IMG/VR virus record: IMGVR_UViG_3300045988_065855
Span: 1-45,727 of that record
Reading direction: 5' to 3' (one strand)
Source: a virus
Length of the DNA: 45,727 nt
The notes beneath the pieces were generated by a model, which was given only the letters and a program-made list of their open reading frames with translations, was not told the DNA's origin and did no database searches. Of the stretch, positions 7,966-15,051 are shown one piece after another. Position 1 is the first letter of the stretch, and the number at the start of each line of letters is the position of its first letter. The position numbers and the translations under genes were made by a program.

Positions 7966-8130
7966 TCATCCTCCAACCGGAAATCTGCCCGGTGTTCGCT
8001 GTTGCCGTTGCAGCTTCATCCTCCCCACTGTTCCGCCATCGCCCGAGAACGTCTTGCTGCGCTCTTTCGCACGGTCTTTTCCGTTCATATCCATCACCCA
8101 ACAGGAGCGGCGAACTGTGCCGTCCTTCAT
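7966..8130 (-). CDS. Small hypothetical protein (54 aa)
   Basis: Not in the track. ATG 8130 overlaps the rusA stop (ATGA). Fills the 187-nt gap before the ASCH gene. Composition is only moderately protein-like. Confidence 0.3.
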   Translation of the reverse strand: MKDGTVRRSCWVMDMNGKDRAKERSKTFSGDGGTVGRMKLQRQQRTPGRFPVGG

Positions 8131-8519
8131 ATGCCGTTTTCATCCGTTTCGTCCCTCTCCCAAATCTCAACCACAACCCGCGGATTTTTCGCGTCCACCT
8201 CAAAGTGATCTTCAAACCCTCGGATATTCTTCCAACCGTCATTACACAGATACCGCGCTTTCACCAGCGCGTCCTGAATAACCTTGCGCCCAAACGCGCA
8301 GATATTGTCCTTGTCCCGCCGCCGGTCCTTTTCATACCAGTGATAAACCATGTACACCGGCTCCTGAATTTCCGCGCCGCCCATCTGCCGCGCTGCATTC
8401 ATCACAACGGTCTCGCACTGCTTTTTCAGCCGTGCCCCCTCCTGACGGTGCCGTCTCTCCGCCTCGATCAGCTCGTTCAGTCCGGGCAGCGTGCCCTTGA
8501 TTGTAAACTTATAATTCAC
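8127..8519 (-). CDS. rusA: RusA-family Holliday junction resolvase (130 aa)
   Basis: RRDKDNICAFGRKVIQDALVKARYLCNDGW matches the RusA catalytic-region pattern. GTG start with GAGG SD. Confidence 0.75.
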   Translation of the reverse strand: MNYKFTIKGTLPGLNELIEAERRHRQEGARLKKQCETVVMNAARQMGGAEIQEPVYMVYHWYEKDRRRDKDNICAFGRKVIQDALVKARYLCNDGWKNIRGFEDHFEVDAKNPRVVVEIWERDETDENGI

Positions 8520-8862
8520 CCGCTCGCCTCATTTTCCTGATCTTGTTCGTTACCGCAGTCAAACTCCTGCCGAGCCGCCACGCGATCATGCTCACGCTTT
8601 CGCCGTCCTCAATACTGTTTCGGATGACGCAGAGGTCGTGCTCTGTGTAAGCGTCCTTGCGTTTCGGCTGTGCCGGCCGCCTGTCCGGCTCGAACTCCGG
8701 GCAGCTGATAACGTGGAACGTCTCGCCGCCCTTGAGGTCGAGCCGCTGCACTCGTTCGGCCTTCCAGCCTTTCACCGGCTCGAACCGCCCAGACCACGCG
8801 CAGCCCTTCGCAGCGGCTTTCGTGCAGTCCCAACAGAGAGTGTCTTTCTTTCTACCTCTCAT
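8509..8862 (-). CDS. Putative DNA-binding protein (Cys-rich N-terminus plus C-terminal HTH-like segment, 117 aa)
   Basis: CWDCTK...GCAW at the N-terminus and SVSMIAWRLGRSLTAVTNKIRKMRR at the C-terminus. Confidence 0.55.
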   Translation of the reverse strand: MRGRKKDTLCWDCTKAAAKGCAWSGRFEPVKGWKAERVQRLDLKGGETFHVISCPEFEPDRRPAQPKRKDAYTEHDLCVIRNSIEDGESVSMIAWRLGRSLTAVTNKIRKMRRAGEL

Positions 8863-9592
8863 AACCTTCCTCTCTCATTTGCCGTCTGGTTTCTTCCTTC
8901 TGTGCTCGCCATGCAATCTCCCAGTCCGGCGTTTCATCCGGTTCCGTCTGCTTTGGCGCGTCCTTGATACGATCCCAGATAATGCCCTTCCAGTTGTTCG
9001 CCATGCTCAGCCGGATAACCTCGGCAACCGCCGCCGCTCCGTGGCGCTTTACTCGGTTTTCTATCTCGGTCAGCAGGCTTTTCAGCCCGACAGCCTTGTA
9101 CGCCTCGCGCCGCTCCTGCTTGTATGCGAGCCAGTCGCGCACCGCAGAAAGCACAGGCTCAGAAAACCGCTCTGCAAGTTCAGGCTCTTTCGGATTTGGA
9201 CTCTGCGTCTTTTTCGGCATCTCCGGTTTCGGCGGCTGCTTTGCAGGCGCTTCCTCCCGCTCGCCGCCCTGATACTCGTCATACCGGCATACCGCGATTA
9301 CCGTATAATGCCGGTTGCTTTCCACCGTGATTTCTCCGGTTTTCTTTAGCTTTCCGAGTGCCGTGCGCACCTGCTTTACCGTTAGCCCGCTCTCGTCTGC
9401 AATCCCCTGTAAGCTCGTCACAAACGCGCCTCGGGGAATCTCGCTCCCCATGAACTGGCTTTCCTTGTAGTTTGCCCTCAGCAGGATATGCAGCCACAGC
9501 TTGCATGTTGGTACATCCTTGTACCACCCCCATTCTGTGAGCTGTCGGTAAATCTGTATATGCCCGTTCGTCAGCATCCCCTGCCGCCTCAT
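8852..9592 (-). CDS. Phage replisome organizer / DnaD-like replication protein (246 aa)
   Basis: Winged-helix-like N-terminus (KLWLHILLRANY...LTVKQVRTALGKLKKTGEI). C-terminus RDWLAYKQERR...MANNWKGIIWD resembles the conserved phage C-terminus of replisome organizers. Confidence 0.7.
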   Translation of the reverse strand: MRRQGMLTNGHIQIYRQLTEWGWYKDVPTCKLWLHILLRANYKESQFMGSEIPRGAFVTSLQGIADESGLTVKQVRTALGKLKKTGEITVESNRHYTVIAVCRYDEYQGGEREEAPAKQPPKPEMPKKTQSPNPKEPELAERFSEPVLSAVRDWLAYKQERREAYKAVGLKSLLTEIENRVKRHGAAAVAEVIRLSMANNWKGIIWDRIKDAPKQTEPDETPDWEIAWRAQKEETRRQMREEGYER

Positions 9593-9987
9593 AAGAACGG
9601 GCAGTCGTCCGGGTCGCTTTCGTCCGACATGATAAAGTCGCTTTCCTCTTCCTTCGGCTTGCCCTCGCTCTTGCCGCCGCAGAAGTCAATACTTTCGCAC
9701 TGTACCTCCCACGAACGGCGCTTGTTTCCGTTCTTGTCCACCCATTCGCGGCTTTCGAACCTGCCGGACACAATGCACATATCGCCCTTGTGGAACCACG
9801 TATGCGCGTGCTCTGCCATCTTACCCCAGATGCAGATGTCAATGAAATCCGACGGGTACTTTCCGCCCGCGTCCTTGCGGCTTCTCTGCACCGCCAGCGT
9901 GCCGCCCGTAACCGCCGTGTTGTTCTGCGTGTATCTCATCTCCAGATCCTTGGTAATCCGTCCCTGTAAGATGATCTTATTCAACAT
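9589..9987 (-). CDS. ssb: Single-stranded DNA-binding protein (132 aa)
   Basis: OB-fold pattern LNKIILQGRITKDLEMRYT...CIWGKMAE...VSGRFESREW and acidic tail DESDPDDCPFL. SD AGGAGG. Confidence 0.85.
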   Translation of the reverse strand: MLNKIILQGRITKDLEMRYTQNNTAVTGGTLAVQRSRKDAGGKYPSDFIDICIWGKMAEHAHTWFHKGDMCIVSGRFESREWVDKNGNKRRSWEVQCESIDFCGGKSEGKPKEEESDFIMSDESDPDDCPFL

Positions 9988-10004
9988 AATATTTCCTCCT
10001 GTAT

Positions 10005-10586
10005 TTACAGCCTTCCGTAAATCATTAAAATATCTCGCGCCATATCGCGTCCCACTCCACATTTCTTTGCAGTTGCCGTAACGGAAAGTCCTGCGTCATA
10101 TGCACGCAAAACGCAATCTTTATTCTCCAAAATAAATTGCAGGGATTTATTGATGAGTGTTCGTTGTTTTCTCGCTTTACTGCGTTGCATTCTGCTGCTC
10201 TGCGTGAAATGTAAATGGTTTTCTGCTGCCGTCACCCACTCTAAGTTTTCGACGCAGTTATTCCCTTTGTCAAAATCTTTGTGGTTGACTTGTGGCAAGT
10301 TGTCTGGATTGGGGATAAATGCTTCTGCGACCAACCTGTGAATATATGCGTGTTTTTCGCGCTTAGTTCTTCCGCATAAAGTAATTTGAACATAACCATT
10401 TTCTTTGCGGTGTGGTTTTAGAATTCTCCCCGGTTTGTTATAATTCCAAACTTTACGAGCGTTGCTGCGCACTCTTCCTCGATTACTTACTTCATAAACC
10501 CCATCGTATCCGGGAATTGCTCTCCACTTTTCGTCACAGATAGTTCTTTCCAAACTCTGCGATGAATCGTTCTGTGCTCCATCCAT
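10005..10586 (-). CDS. Free-standing HNH homing endonuclease with NUMOD4 domain (193 aa)
   Basis: WRAIPGYDGVYEVSNRGRVRS (NUMOD4) and HRLVAEAFIPNPDNLPQVNHKDFDKGNNCVENLEWVTAAEN (HNH_3). The segment is locally AT-rich. The start overlaps the upstream gene by 52 nt. Confidence 0.8.
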   Translation of the reverse strand: MDGAQNDSSQSLERTICDEKWRAIPGYDGVYEVSNRGRVRSNARKVWNYNKPGRILKPHRKENGYVQITLCGRTKREKHAYIHRLVAEAFIPNPDNLPQVNHKDFDKGNNCVENLEWVTAAENHLHFTQSSRMQRSKARKQRTLINKSLQFILENKDCVLRAYDAGLSVTATAKKCGVGRDMARDILMIYGRL

Positions 10587-10815
10587 TTTCTTTCATCGCC
10601 TTTCTTTGCCCGTATTGCTTGAGCTTCAGCATCGTTTCTGCGTTGTTATGCGCAGCTTCTGCCCCGAAAATATGGCATTCTCTGTGGCATAAGTACACAA
10701 CCAGACCATATTTTTCGGATTTTTTCCGGAATGGGCCTCCAAAAATATGATGTCTGTCTAAATGGTCTGCACTTCCATTTTTCCCACACAACCAGCACAT
10801 TCTGTATTCACTCAT
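10534..10815 (-). CDS. HNH/zinc-finger-like small protein (93 aa)
   Basis: CWLCGK...LDRHHIFGG...LCHRECHIFG pattern. ATGA overlap with the upstream gene. Confidence 0.6.
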   Translation of the reverse strand: MSEYRMCWLCGKNGSADHLDRHHIFGGPFRKKSEKYGLVVYLCHRECHIFGAEAAHNNAETMLKLKQYGQRKAMKENGWSTERFIAEFGKNYL

Positions 10816-11348
10816 ACCCCGCGCTCCTCCGGCTTCCATTTGCTCAGCCATCCGAGCACCGTGCTTTCCGGTTCGGTTTCAATGCCCTGTTCCTTGCAGT
10901 CCTGCACTACCATGTCAATCAGCCGCCCCATTTGCAGCGTGTTGTAAGTGCTTGACCCGTAGTAGCACAGCAGATAACCGCCGCTGCAGTCCTGCGTCAC
11001 CCATCCGAGACCCTGCTTTTCCCACAGGTTCGAGATCAAATCGCGCTGCTGCTCGTTGGCGTAGGGGACAAGCCTGTAATTGTCCCCTACATCGGGAATG
11101 TACGAGCGGTACACCTCGTCGCGCTTCATGCCGAGCACCGCCGCCAGCTTTCCGAGCATCTGCCAGAGATAGGCGTTACAACGCCCTGAACGCTTGTCAT
11201 ACTTGCGCTTCACCTCTGCGCAGTATAACTTTCCCTCCTTCATCTGCTCGCACTCTACGCGCGCCATAGGCGCGTTCTTGACGTGCAGGCAAAGCCAGTT
11301 GCCGCCCTCGTTACGCACGACTCGCGCCTTGTCGAACTCATGCGTCAT
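10812..11348 (-). CDS. NinB/Orf-like recombination mediator (178 aa)
   Basis: KRSGRCNAYLWQMLGKLAAVLGMKRDEVY resembles the NinB-type RS..N.Y.W motif. Adjacent to the annealase gene. Confidence 0.5.
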   Translation of the reverse strand: MTHEFDKARVVRNEGGNWLCLHVKNAPMARVECEQMKEGKLYCAEVKRKYDKRSGRCNAYLWQMLGKLAAVLGMKRDEVYRSYIPDVGDNYRLVPYANEQQRDLISNLWEKQGLGWVTQDCSGGYLLCYYGSSTYNTLQMGRLIDMVVQDCKEQGIETEPESTVLGWLSKWKPEERGV

Positions 11349-12213
11349 CGTTCACCAGCTCCATCGCTTTCTGATGGTCTTTTTCTTCCATCTTCTTGTT
11401 CAGCTCTACCATCAGCACGCCGTAATCGTTCATTTTCAGTTCCGGCAGTTTGTCGATCGGAAAGCCGATGGTTTCCTCGAACTGCTTTTTGGTTTTCGCA
11501 CCGAGCGCCTTTGCAATTTTCTTGATTACATCAGCTTCGTTATCTCCGATCGTGTCCTCCGGCGGCTTTTGCAGTGACAGCTCCCGCTCGATCTTTTGCA
11601 GTGCGAAATGGTATTCGTCATAAGTCACCTCTGACGTGGTGCGGCATCCGGTCAGCCTCATAAGATGTTCCTGCGCCTTGTCATTTCCGTATACCTGTTG
11701 CAGCCGTCGTGCGAACGCCTGACAATCACGCTTAATCAGCTTGTCCGTGCCTGCGCGTTCCGCCTCGCCGGAATACTTCGTCTGATCTTCACGCGCGCTG
11801 TCGTCGTTCCAGTATACGTCTGCGCCGACGCCGAGCATCTTAGCGGCGACCGAAATTGCATCCGTAAATGCCATCTTCCAGCATTCGTCCGAAACCTGCG
11901 GGCCGTTTCGGGTCTGCGCCACAAACTGACTGCCGCCCGTTCCCGGAATTGCGTCCGACCATTCGCCGCCCCACTTGATGAAAAGGGCGATGTTGCAGAA
12001 CGCGCACACAACGCCGTCGTGCGCTTCAAGCCACTGTTTGATAATTTCTGCTTTCCATCCCACGCCGCACGGCCCGAACTGCTCTGTCAGCGCCTTAATG
12101 CGCCACATTGGGTTGATGTCGGTGAAACCTTTCAGCTTGCCTGCCTGAATTTCTTTCTGTGCCGTCTGCGGCACAACGCGCAGCGCGTTATATAGCGCCA
12201 GATTGTCATTCAT
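11338..12213 (-). CDS. Single-strand annealing protein, Rad52/Sak-like (291 aa)
   Basis: ALTEQFGPCGVGWKAEI and FTDAISVAAKMLGVGADVYW resemble Rad52/Sak-family motifs. ATGA coupling to the upstream gene. Confidence 0.6.
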   Translation of the reverse strand: MNDNLALYNALRVVPQTAQKEIQAGKLKGFTDINPMWRIKALTEQFGPCGVGWKAEIIKQWLEAHDGVVCAFCNIALFIKWGGEWSDAIPGTGGSQFVAQTRNGPQVSDECWKMAFTDAISVAAKMLGVGADVYWNDDSAREDQTKYSGEAERAGTDKLIKRDCQAFARRLQQVYGNDKAQEHLMRLTGCRTTSEVTYDEYHFALQKIERELSLQKPPEDTIGDNEADVIKKIAKALGAKTKKQFEETIGFPIDKLPELKMNDYGVLMVELNKKMEEKDHQKAMELVNDDA

Positions 12214-12407
12214 TCTTCGCCCTCCTGTTCTCGTCTCCAAACCGCTGTTCTCAGCTCCTCCAGAAAGTTCTTGATTTCCTGGGGGAACAGCGTCGCATAA
12301 TCTTCCAGATACAACCCGATGTCGATTTCGGCATCCTGCATTTCGAGCAGCTTTTCGTCCGGCTCGTCCTGTTCCGGCGGCTCGAGCGGCGGCTCAATGT
12401 TCAGCAT
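12210..12407 (-). CDS. Small acidic hypothetical protein (65 aa)
   Basis: ATG 12407 with SD GGAGGGG. Its stop overlaps the annealase start. Confidence 0.55.
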   Translation of the reverse strand: MLNIEPPLEPPEQDEPDEKLLEMQDAEIDIGLYLEDYATLFPQEIKNFLEELRTAVWRREQEGEE

Positions 12408-12651
12408 CCTGCAACCCCTCCAGAACCTCCATGATTTCCTCTGTGGTGTACTTCTCGCCGTCATTTCCCCGCCACACATCATCCACCATGTAGTAAATCT
12501 TGCTGCTTACAATGTCGTCGCCGTCCCACTCGTAGATGCAAATTACGCAGGCATAACCTCTGCCGCAGGGCGGACTGAATTCAATGCCCGTTCCCTCGTG
12601 CTTTGCACTCAACACCAGATCAAGCAGCTTGTGCGCTGTCTCTCTGTCCAT
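12394..12651 (-). CDS. Hypothetical protein (85 aa)
   Basis: ATG 12651 with SD GGAGGA. Confidence 0.6.
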   Translation of the reverse strand: MDRETAHKLLDLVLSAKHEGTGIEFSPPCGRGYACVICIYEWDGDDIVSSKIYYMVDDVWRGNDGEKYTTEEIMEVLEGLQDAEH

Positions 12652-12700
12652 TGACTTTTCCTCCAATCCGTGATATACTTGCCTTGAACATTTATCTTTG

Positions 12701-12738
12701 CCGCCGAAACGGGATTGCACTCCCGCTCGGCGGTTTTT
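12701..12738 (+). terminator. Strong hairpin with a T-run on the + strand, inside a - strand operon
   Basis: CCGCCGA/TCGGCGG outer stem plus CGGGA/TCCCG inner stem, followed by TTTTTCTTTT on the + strand only. Confidence 0.45.
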
Positions 12739-12741
12739 CTT

Positions 12742-13371
12742 TTACTTGACTTCCTCCCACTTGAACCGCCCCTTCGAGCTGTTCCTCCACTGTCCGATGC
12801 CGCGCAGCGCGCCGTAGTCCAGCCACTCGCGCACCGCTTTTTCGTGTGCATCGTCCAAGCAGAGGATCGTCATTTCGCACGTCGTGCCCGCCGGGCATTC
12901 CTCGCTGCTGCTGAGTGCGGTTCTCTCGCCCTGCGCGGTCTGCGCACGCAGCGAACGCTGACAGATCGTGATTTCGCCCGGGGCATCGAGGCGAATGCGG
13001 CGCGGCTCGACGAAGATCAAACCGTCGATGACCTTCTTGTACGCCGTCAGCTTGCCGCTCTCGTTTACCGCCTTGCGCTTCTTGCCGGTCTCCGGGTCCT
13101 TGCCGCTGAGACGTGCCAGCATTCCGCAGGCGTCCTTGAAGAAACCCTTTATCTGGTAGTCCCAGAGAAAAGGCGTGCCGTCCTCGTCCTTGGGGAACAC
13201 GGTCGTGCCGCGCTCGATGATTGCATCCTCACCGAGTGCCGCGACTTCCTCCGGCAGTGTTGCCGCGTCCGGGCTCTTCGAGCCGATGAACCGGCTGTAG
13301 ATTTCCGGGTCTGCGGTTGCCGTGCCGAGAATGCCCTCGGTGAATGTCACGTGAATTTTCATCTTTTTCAT
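12742..13371 (-). CDS. Hypothetical early protein (209 aa), first gene of the recombination block
   Basis: ATG 13371 with SD AGGAGG. Protein-like composition. C-terminal GIGQWRNSSKGRF glycine-rich motif. No family recognised. Confidence 0.7.
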   Translation of the reverse strand: MKKMKIHVTFTEGILGTATADPEIYSRFIGSKSPDAATLPEEVAALGEDAIIERGTTVFPKDEDGTPFLWDYQIKGFFKDACGMLARLSGKDPETGKKRKAVNESGKLTAYKKVIDGLIFVEPRRIRLDAPGEITICQRSLRAQTAQGERTALSSSEECPAGTTCEMTILCLDDAHEKAVREWLDYGALRGIGQWRNSSKGRFKWEEVK

Positions 13372-13401
13372 GTTTTTTGTCCTCCTGTTGTTTCGTTCCT
13401 C

Positions 13402-13632
13402 TGCCGTTGCTAAGCTGTTCAGTGCTTCACTCCGCTTTGCCGTTGCTGTGCACATCTGCGCTGTGCCATGCCATCGCTCGGCTGTTCACTGTCTTGCTCT
13501 GCCGTTGCGTGTCTATGCCCTGCATTGCCTTGCAATGCTACGCCCTTGCTATGCTGCGCTTTGCCATGGCTATGCTGTGCACGTCCAAGCTATGCCCTTG
13601 CTCTGCTGCGCATTGCCTTGCCCTTGCGCGGC
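13402..13632. repeat. Array A of phased TGC (+) / GCA (-) triplets, period mostly 5 nt
   Basis: About 30 TGC triplets in ~230 nt, for example TGCCC TGCAT TGCCT TGCAA TGCTA at 13516-13540. The + strand is nearly A-free. Confidence 0.85.
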
Positions 13633-13772
13633 TAATCTCGTTTTGGCAGTACGCCGATTTTCTTAGCGCTTGCGTTCGGCTTCCTGCCGATCTTTTTCGA
13701 GTAAAGCGCCTCGCCGATCGTGCGTTTCTGCATCTCGCGGATTACGTTCCGCCGTTTTATTCCGTCGGTCAT
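13632..13772 (-). CDS. Small basic hypothetical protein (46 aa)
   Basis: Not in the track. ATG 13772 with a GAAAGGGG SD-like element. Product: MTDGIKRRNVIREMQKRTIGEALYSKKIGRKPNASAKKIGVLPKRD. Confidence 0.35.
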   Translation of the reverse strand: MTDGIKRRNVIREMQKRTIGEALYSKKIGRKPNASAKKIGVLPKRD

Positions 13773-13854
13773 TGCGTATCGCCCCTTTCCGCGCCCTCAG
13801 ACGGCGCGTGTCGCGTTTTCGCACCCCTCGGCATGTAATTTCATGCCTGAGTGC

Positions 13855-14016
13855 TTAGTGTCGCTCACAGCGCATCTGAGCGGCTTTCAGCAAAAGCGTC
13901 TTGCGCTTGTTCAGCTCGTCCTTGAGAACGCGGTGGTAGAATCCCCACCCGAACAGCAGCACGAGCTGCGCGAAAATGCAGGCGAGTACGCCGAAAAGTA
14001 CGGGGTTTATAATCAT
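13855..14016 (-). CDS. Small single-pass membrane protein (53 aa)
   Basis: Not in the track. ATG 14016 with SD AGGAGG at 7-nt spacing. TM helix MIINPVLFGVLACIFAQLVLLFGWGFY followed by a basic tail. Confidence 0.6.
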   Translation of the reverse strand: MIINPVLFGVLACIFAQLVLLFGWGFYHRVLKDELNKRKTLLLKAAQMRCERH

Positions 14017-14043
14017 GCTTTTTCCTCCTGTCGTGGTTTTCTT

Positions 14044-14071
14044 ACTAACCCGAACGGTAGTGAGGGTTAGT
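14044..14071. repeat. Perfect 8-bp inverted repeat ACTAACCC / GGGTTAGT with a 12-nt spacer
   Basis: Read directly at 14044-14051 and 14064-14071. Adjacent to the AT-rich block. Confidence 0.8.
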
Positions 14072-14090
14072 TCTTTCTTCTTGCTTTGTT

Positions 14091-14168
14091 AGAAATTAAA
14101 TTAATATATATTCGACCGTAGGGAGAATATATATATACTTCTTTTCTTTCTTTGGTACTTTCTTTCTT
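14091..14168. other. AT-rich block with a (TA)n run and CTTT repeats; candidate DNA unwinding element
   Basis: agaaattaaattaatatatattcg...gaatatatatatacttcttttctttctttggtactttctttctt stands out in a GC-rich genome. Confidence 0.5.
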
Positions 14169-14234
14169 ACGCCTCGGTTTGCCCTTGGACTGCCCTCGGT
14201 TTGCCCTTGGACTGCCCTCGGTTTGCCCTCAGAC
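14169..14234. repeat. Three tandem 22-bp repeats; TGCCC boxes phased every 11 bp (iteron-like)
   Basis: ACGCCTCGGTTTGCCCTTGGAC / TGCCCTCGGTTTGCCCTTGGAC / TGCCCTCGGTTTGCCCTCAGAC. TGCCC at 14180, 14191, 14202, 14213 and 14224. Confidence 0.85.
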
Positions 14235-14465
14235 GTTCCCGACGCGCCGCTTTGCAATGTCGCTTGCAACGTCGCCCAGGTAGTAGACAACCCGTCTTTC
14301 ACCGGGAACCCTCGGTGCACGAATAACCTTCTTTGCAGCCTTTCTGTCGCTCAAACCGTACACTTTCATGCACTGTTCGAGCGTTAAAAGCACCGCACCG
14401 CCGTACATCTGTATCAGGTCGTTTTTCACTTCCTGCCGCAGTTCCTTGTAGCTCCGTTCCTCCAT
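14229..14465 (-). CDS. Small putative DNA-binding protein (78 aa; excisionase-like is only a guess)
   Basis: ATG 14465 with SD AAGGAGGG. LTLEQCMKVYGLSDRKAAKKVI...RVVYYLGDVASDIAKRR is HTH-like. Confidence 0.6.
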   Translation of the reverse strand: MEERSYKELRQEVKNDLIQMYGGAVLLTLEQCMKVYGLSDRKAAKKVIRAPRVPGERRVVYYLGDVASDIAKRRVGNV

Positions 14466-14469
14466 GTTC

Positions 14470-14605
14470 TGCCCTCCTTTCGGTGTGCCCTTGCGCGGCA
14501 TTTCAACGCCTGTCTACGCTTTGCAATTCCGTTGCGTGTCTACGCTGTGCTATGCCGTTGCCGTGCTGCGCTCCGCAGAGCAATTCCATGCAATGCCCTT
14601 GCTGC
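14470..14605. repeat. Array B of phased TGC (+) / GCA (-) triplets
   Basis: 14 TGC triplets in ~136 nt. Shares the 14-mers TGCCCTTGCGCGGC (14486) and CCGTTGCGTGTCTA (14529) with array A. Confidence 0.8.
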
Positions 14606-14628
14606 GTCCTCTCCGCCCGTGGTATACT
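14599..14628 (+). promoter_or_regulatory. Sigma-70-type promoter with extended -10 for gene 14651..14980
   Basis: TTGCTG (14599-14604), 18-nt spacer, TGG-TATACT (14620-14628). Confidence 0.5.
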
Positions 14629-14650
14629 GGTTCGGAAAGGAGGTGGTCTC

Positions 14651-14980
14651 ATGCTTGATTTCGACTCTGTTTTCCTATCGCAGAACGAACTTGAAACGCT
14701 CCGCTCTGCGGACGCAGGAAAGGTTATAGATGCAACTCACGTTCCCGTGCCTGCGCTCCTGTCTTACGGTTTTCTGTCTCAATATCCGCTCAATAAAAAC
14801 CAGTATGTAATTACGCCTCTCGGCTGTGACTACTGCGAATACCTCGACAGGAAAGCCTTGGAGAAAAAGCGCCGCGAACGGAAAGAAAGTTTCCGTTTCT
14901 GGTTGCCCGTCATCCTGTCTAATGTCATGGCCCTTGCCGCGCTGATTATTTCAATAATCGCATTACGGAAAGCACAATAA
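14651..14980 (+). CDS. C-terminally membrane-anchored hypothetical protein (109 aa), convergent with cro
   Basis: ATG 14651 with SD AAGGAGG. C-terminal TM helix FWLPVILSNVMALAALIISIIAL. Confidence 0.7.
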   Translation: MLDFDSVFLSQNELETLRSADAGKVIDATHVPVPALLSYGFLSQYPLNKNQYVITPLGCDYCEYLDRKALEKKRRERKESFRFWLPVILSNVMALAALIISIIALRKAQ

Positions 14981-15038
14981 CGACGATCGACAGAACGATT
15001 GTCGGCGTGCAGACCAGCCACATCTTCCATGGCTTCAC
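14946..15038 (-). CDS. Possible 30-aa hydrophobic peptide downstream of cro
   Basis: GTG 15038 lies 8 nt after AAGGAGG. Product MKPWKMWLVCTPTIVLSIVVIVLSVMRLLK. Overlaps the 3' end of the convergent gene by 35 nt. Confidence 0.25.
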   Translation of the reverse strand: MKPWKMWLVCTPTIVLSIVVIVLSVMRLLK

Positions 15039-15051
15039 GTCCCTCACCTCC

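Noticed and set aside
13344-13838. Cys-rich + strand ORFs (164 aa and 98 aa) running through TGC array A
   Set aside because: TGC is the Cys codon, so the triplet array automatically yields Cys/Leu/Ala-rich ORFs. There is no SD. They are antisense to SD-preceded small genes, and the composition is not protein-like.
14169-14234. Possible CRISPR-like mini-array
   Set aside because: The three 22-bp units are directly tandem with no spacers, and no cas genes are present. An iteron interpretation fits better.
14333-14650. N-terminal 106 codons of the 215-aa track ORF 14333..14980
   Set aside because: This part is antisense to gene 14229..14465 and crosses TGC array B. A strong SD and ATG at 14651 define the real start.
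14830-15030. 66-aa - strand ORF downstream of cro
   Set aside because: Its ATG is 15 nt from the SD, and the ORF is antisense to 150 nt of the better-supported + strand gene. The alternative 30-aa GTG ORF is listed with low confidence instead.
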